Origin: Vicugna vicugna
Taxonomy: Eukaryota
Assembly: GCA_013265495.1 (NCBI GenBank)
Contig: MU058423.1
Location: 8,045,627-8,109,626 of the forward strand
Direction: 5' to 3'
Length of the DNA: 64,000 nucleotides
Shown here: positions 63,441 to 64,000 of the stretch, piece by piece
Layout: every line of letters starts with the position of its first letter
Position numbering within the stretch: position 1 is the stretch's first letter
Position numbers and translations under genes: made by a program
Notes under the pieces: model-generated
What the model was told of the DNA's origin: nothing
Database searches by the model: none
What the model saw: only the letters and a program-made list of their open reading frames with translations

Positions 63441-64000
63441 TATGTAATTTAGTCATCCTCCTTATTCCTACCCTCAAAGGGTTGGGTTATACTTTTTTTA
63501 ATCCTGAGAATTAAAAAGAAGGTAAAACTAAACTTAAAATAACTATGATTCTTTCTAGTGTCTAACATTCTGTGTGGAGTAAGATAGACAATAATTAGAA
63601 GAAGAAAATTTCAGTTACTTTCCTAATATGACATTTTACATCAATGGATCGTAAGACAGCATTCTTTACCAGCTAACCAGTTTCACTCTACAGATATTGT
63701 CTCATCACCAGAATAGATAGTAAGACAATATTTTCATTCCTTACATGAGATACGGCACCAAATCAAGATGCATTTTAGAATCATTGTTAAAGAAGGGACA
63801 AGATTATACAAAGTAAATGCCTGACATCTCCAATGTTTAAAATAAACAATTCACAATTGTTAAGAGGACTCTTACTGATGTCTTCTTACAATGTTCTTTT
63901 CTTTGGGAAAAGCTTTGTAACATCCATCTGGATCTCAAAGGCAAATCTCACCCCTCACAACATAACCATCAAAGTCATAATTACCCAAGGTCACGCGGTA

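Overview
Mammalian, AT-rich, CpG-poor, essentially non-coding DNA. It is most likely camelid, judging from a tRNA-Ala-derived SINE of camelid type and camelid-like L1 3' UTRs; I saw no Alu, B1, Bov-tA/BovB or PRE1 elements. I found no recognisable host protein-coding exon, RNA gene, CRISPR array or CpG island. A large part of the window is interspersed repeat: several 5'-truncated L1 3' ends (nearly all on the + strand), many old L2/MIR/L3 fragments, MaLR (MLT1) and ERVL/ERV1 solo LTRs, an ERVL internal remnant with a decayed dUTPase-like segment, and DNA-transposon relics (MER5, MER45A, MER94, MER104, Tigger7/MER44). Family names are assigned from memory of consensus sequences and need RepeatMasker/Dfam confirmation; many boundaries are approximate. 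The only ORFs with recognisable protein signal are transposon-derived. I cannot support a novel biological system here. The best leads are modest: an unexplained long hairpin at 3.8 kb, a paired CCAAT element at 26.8 kb, two candidate spliced exons, an L1 strand bias hinting at a minus-strand host intron, and several nested insertion stacks.
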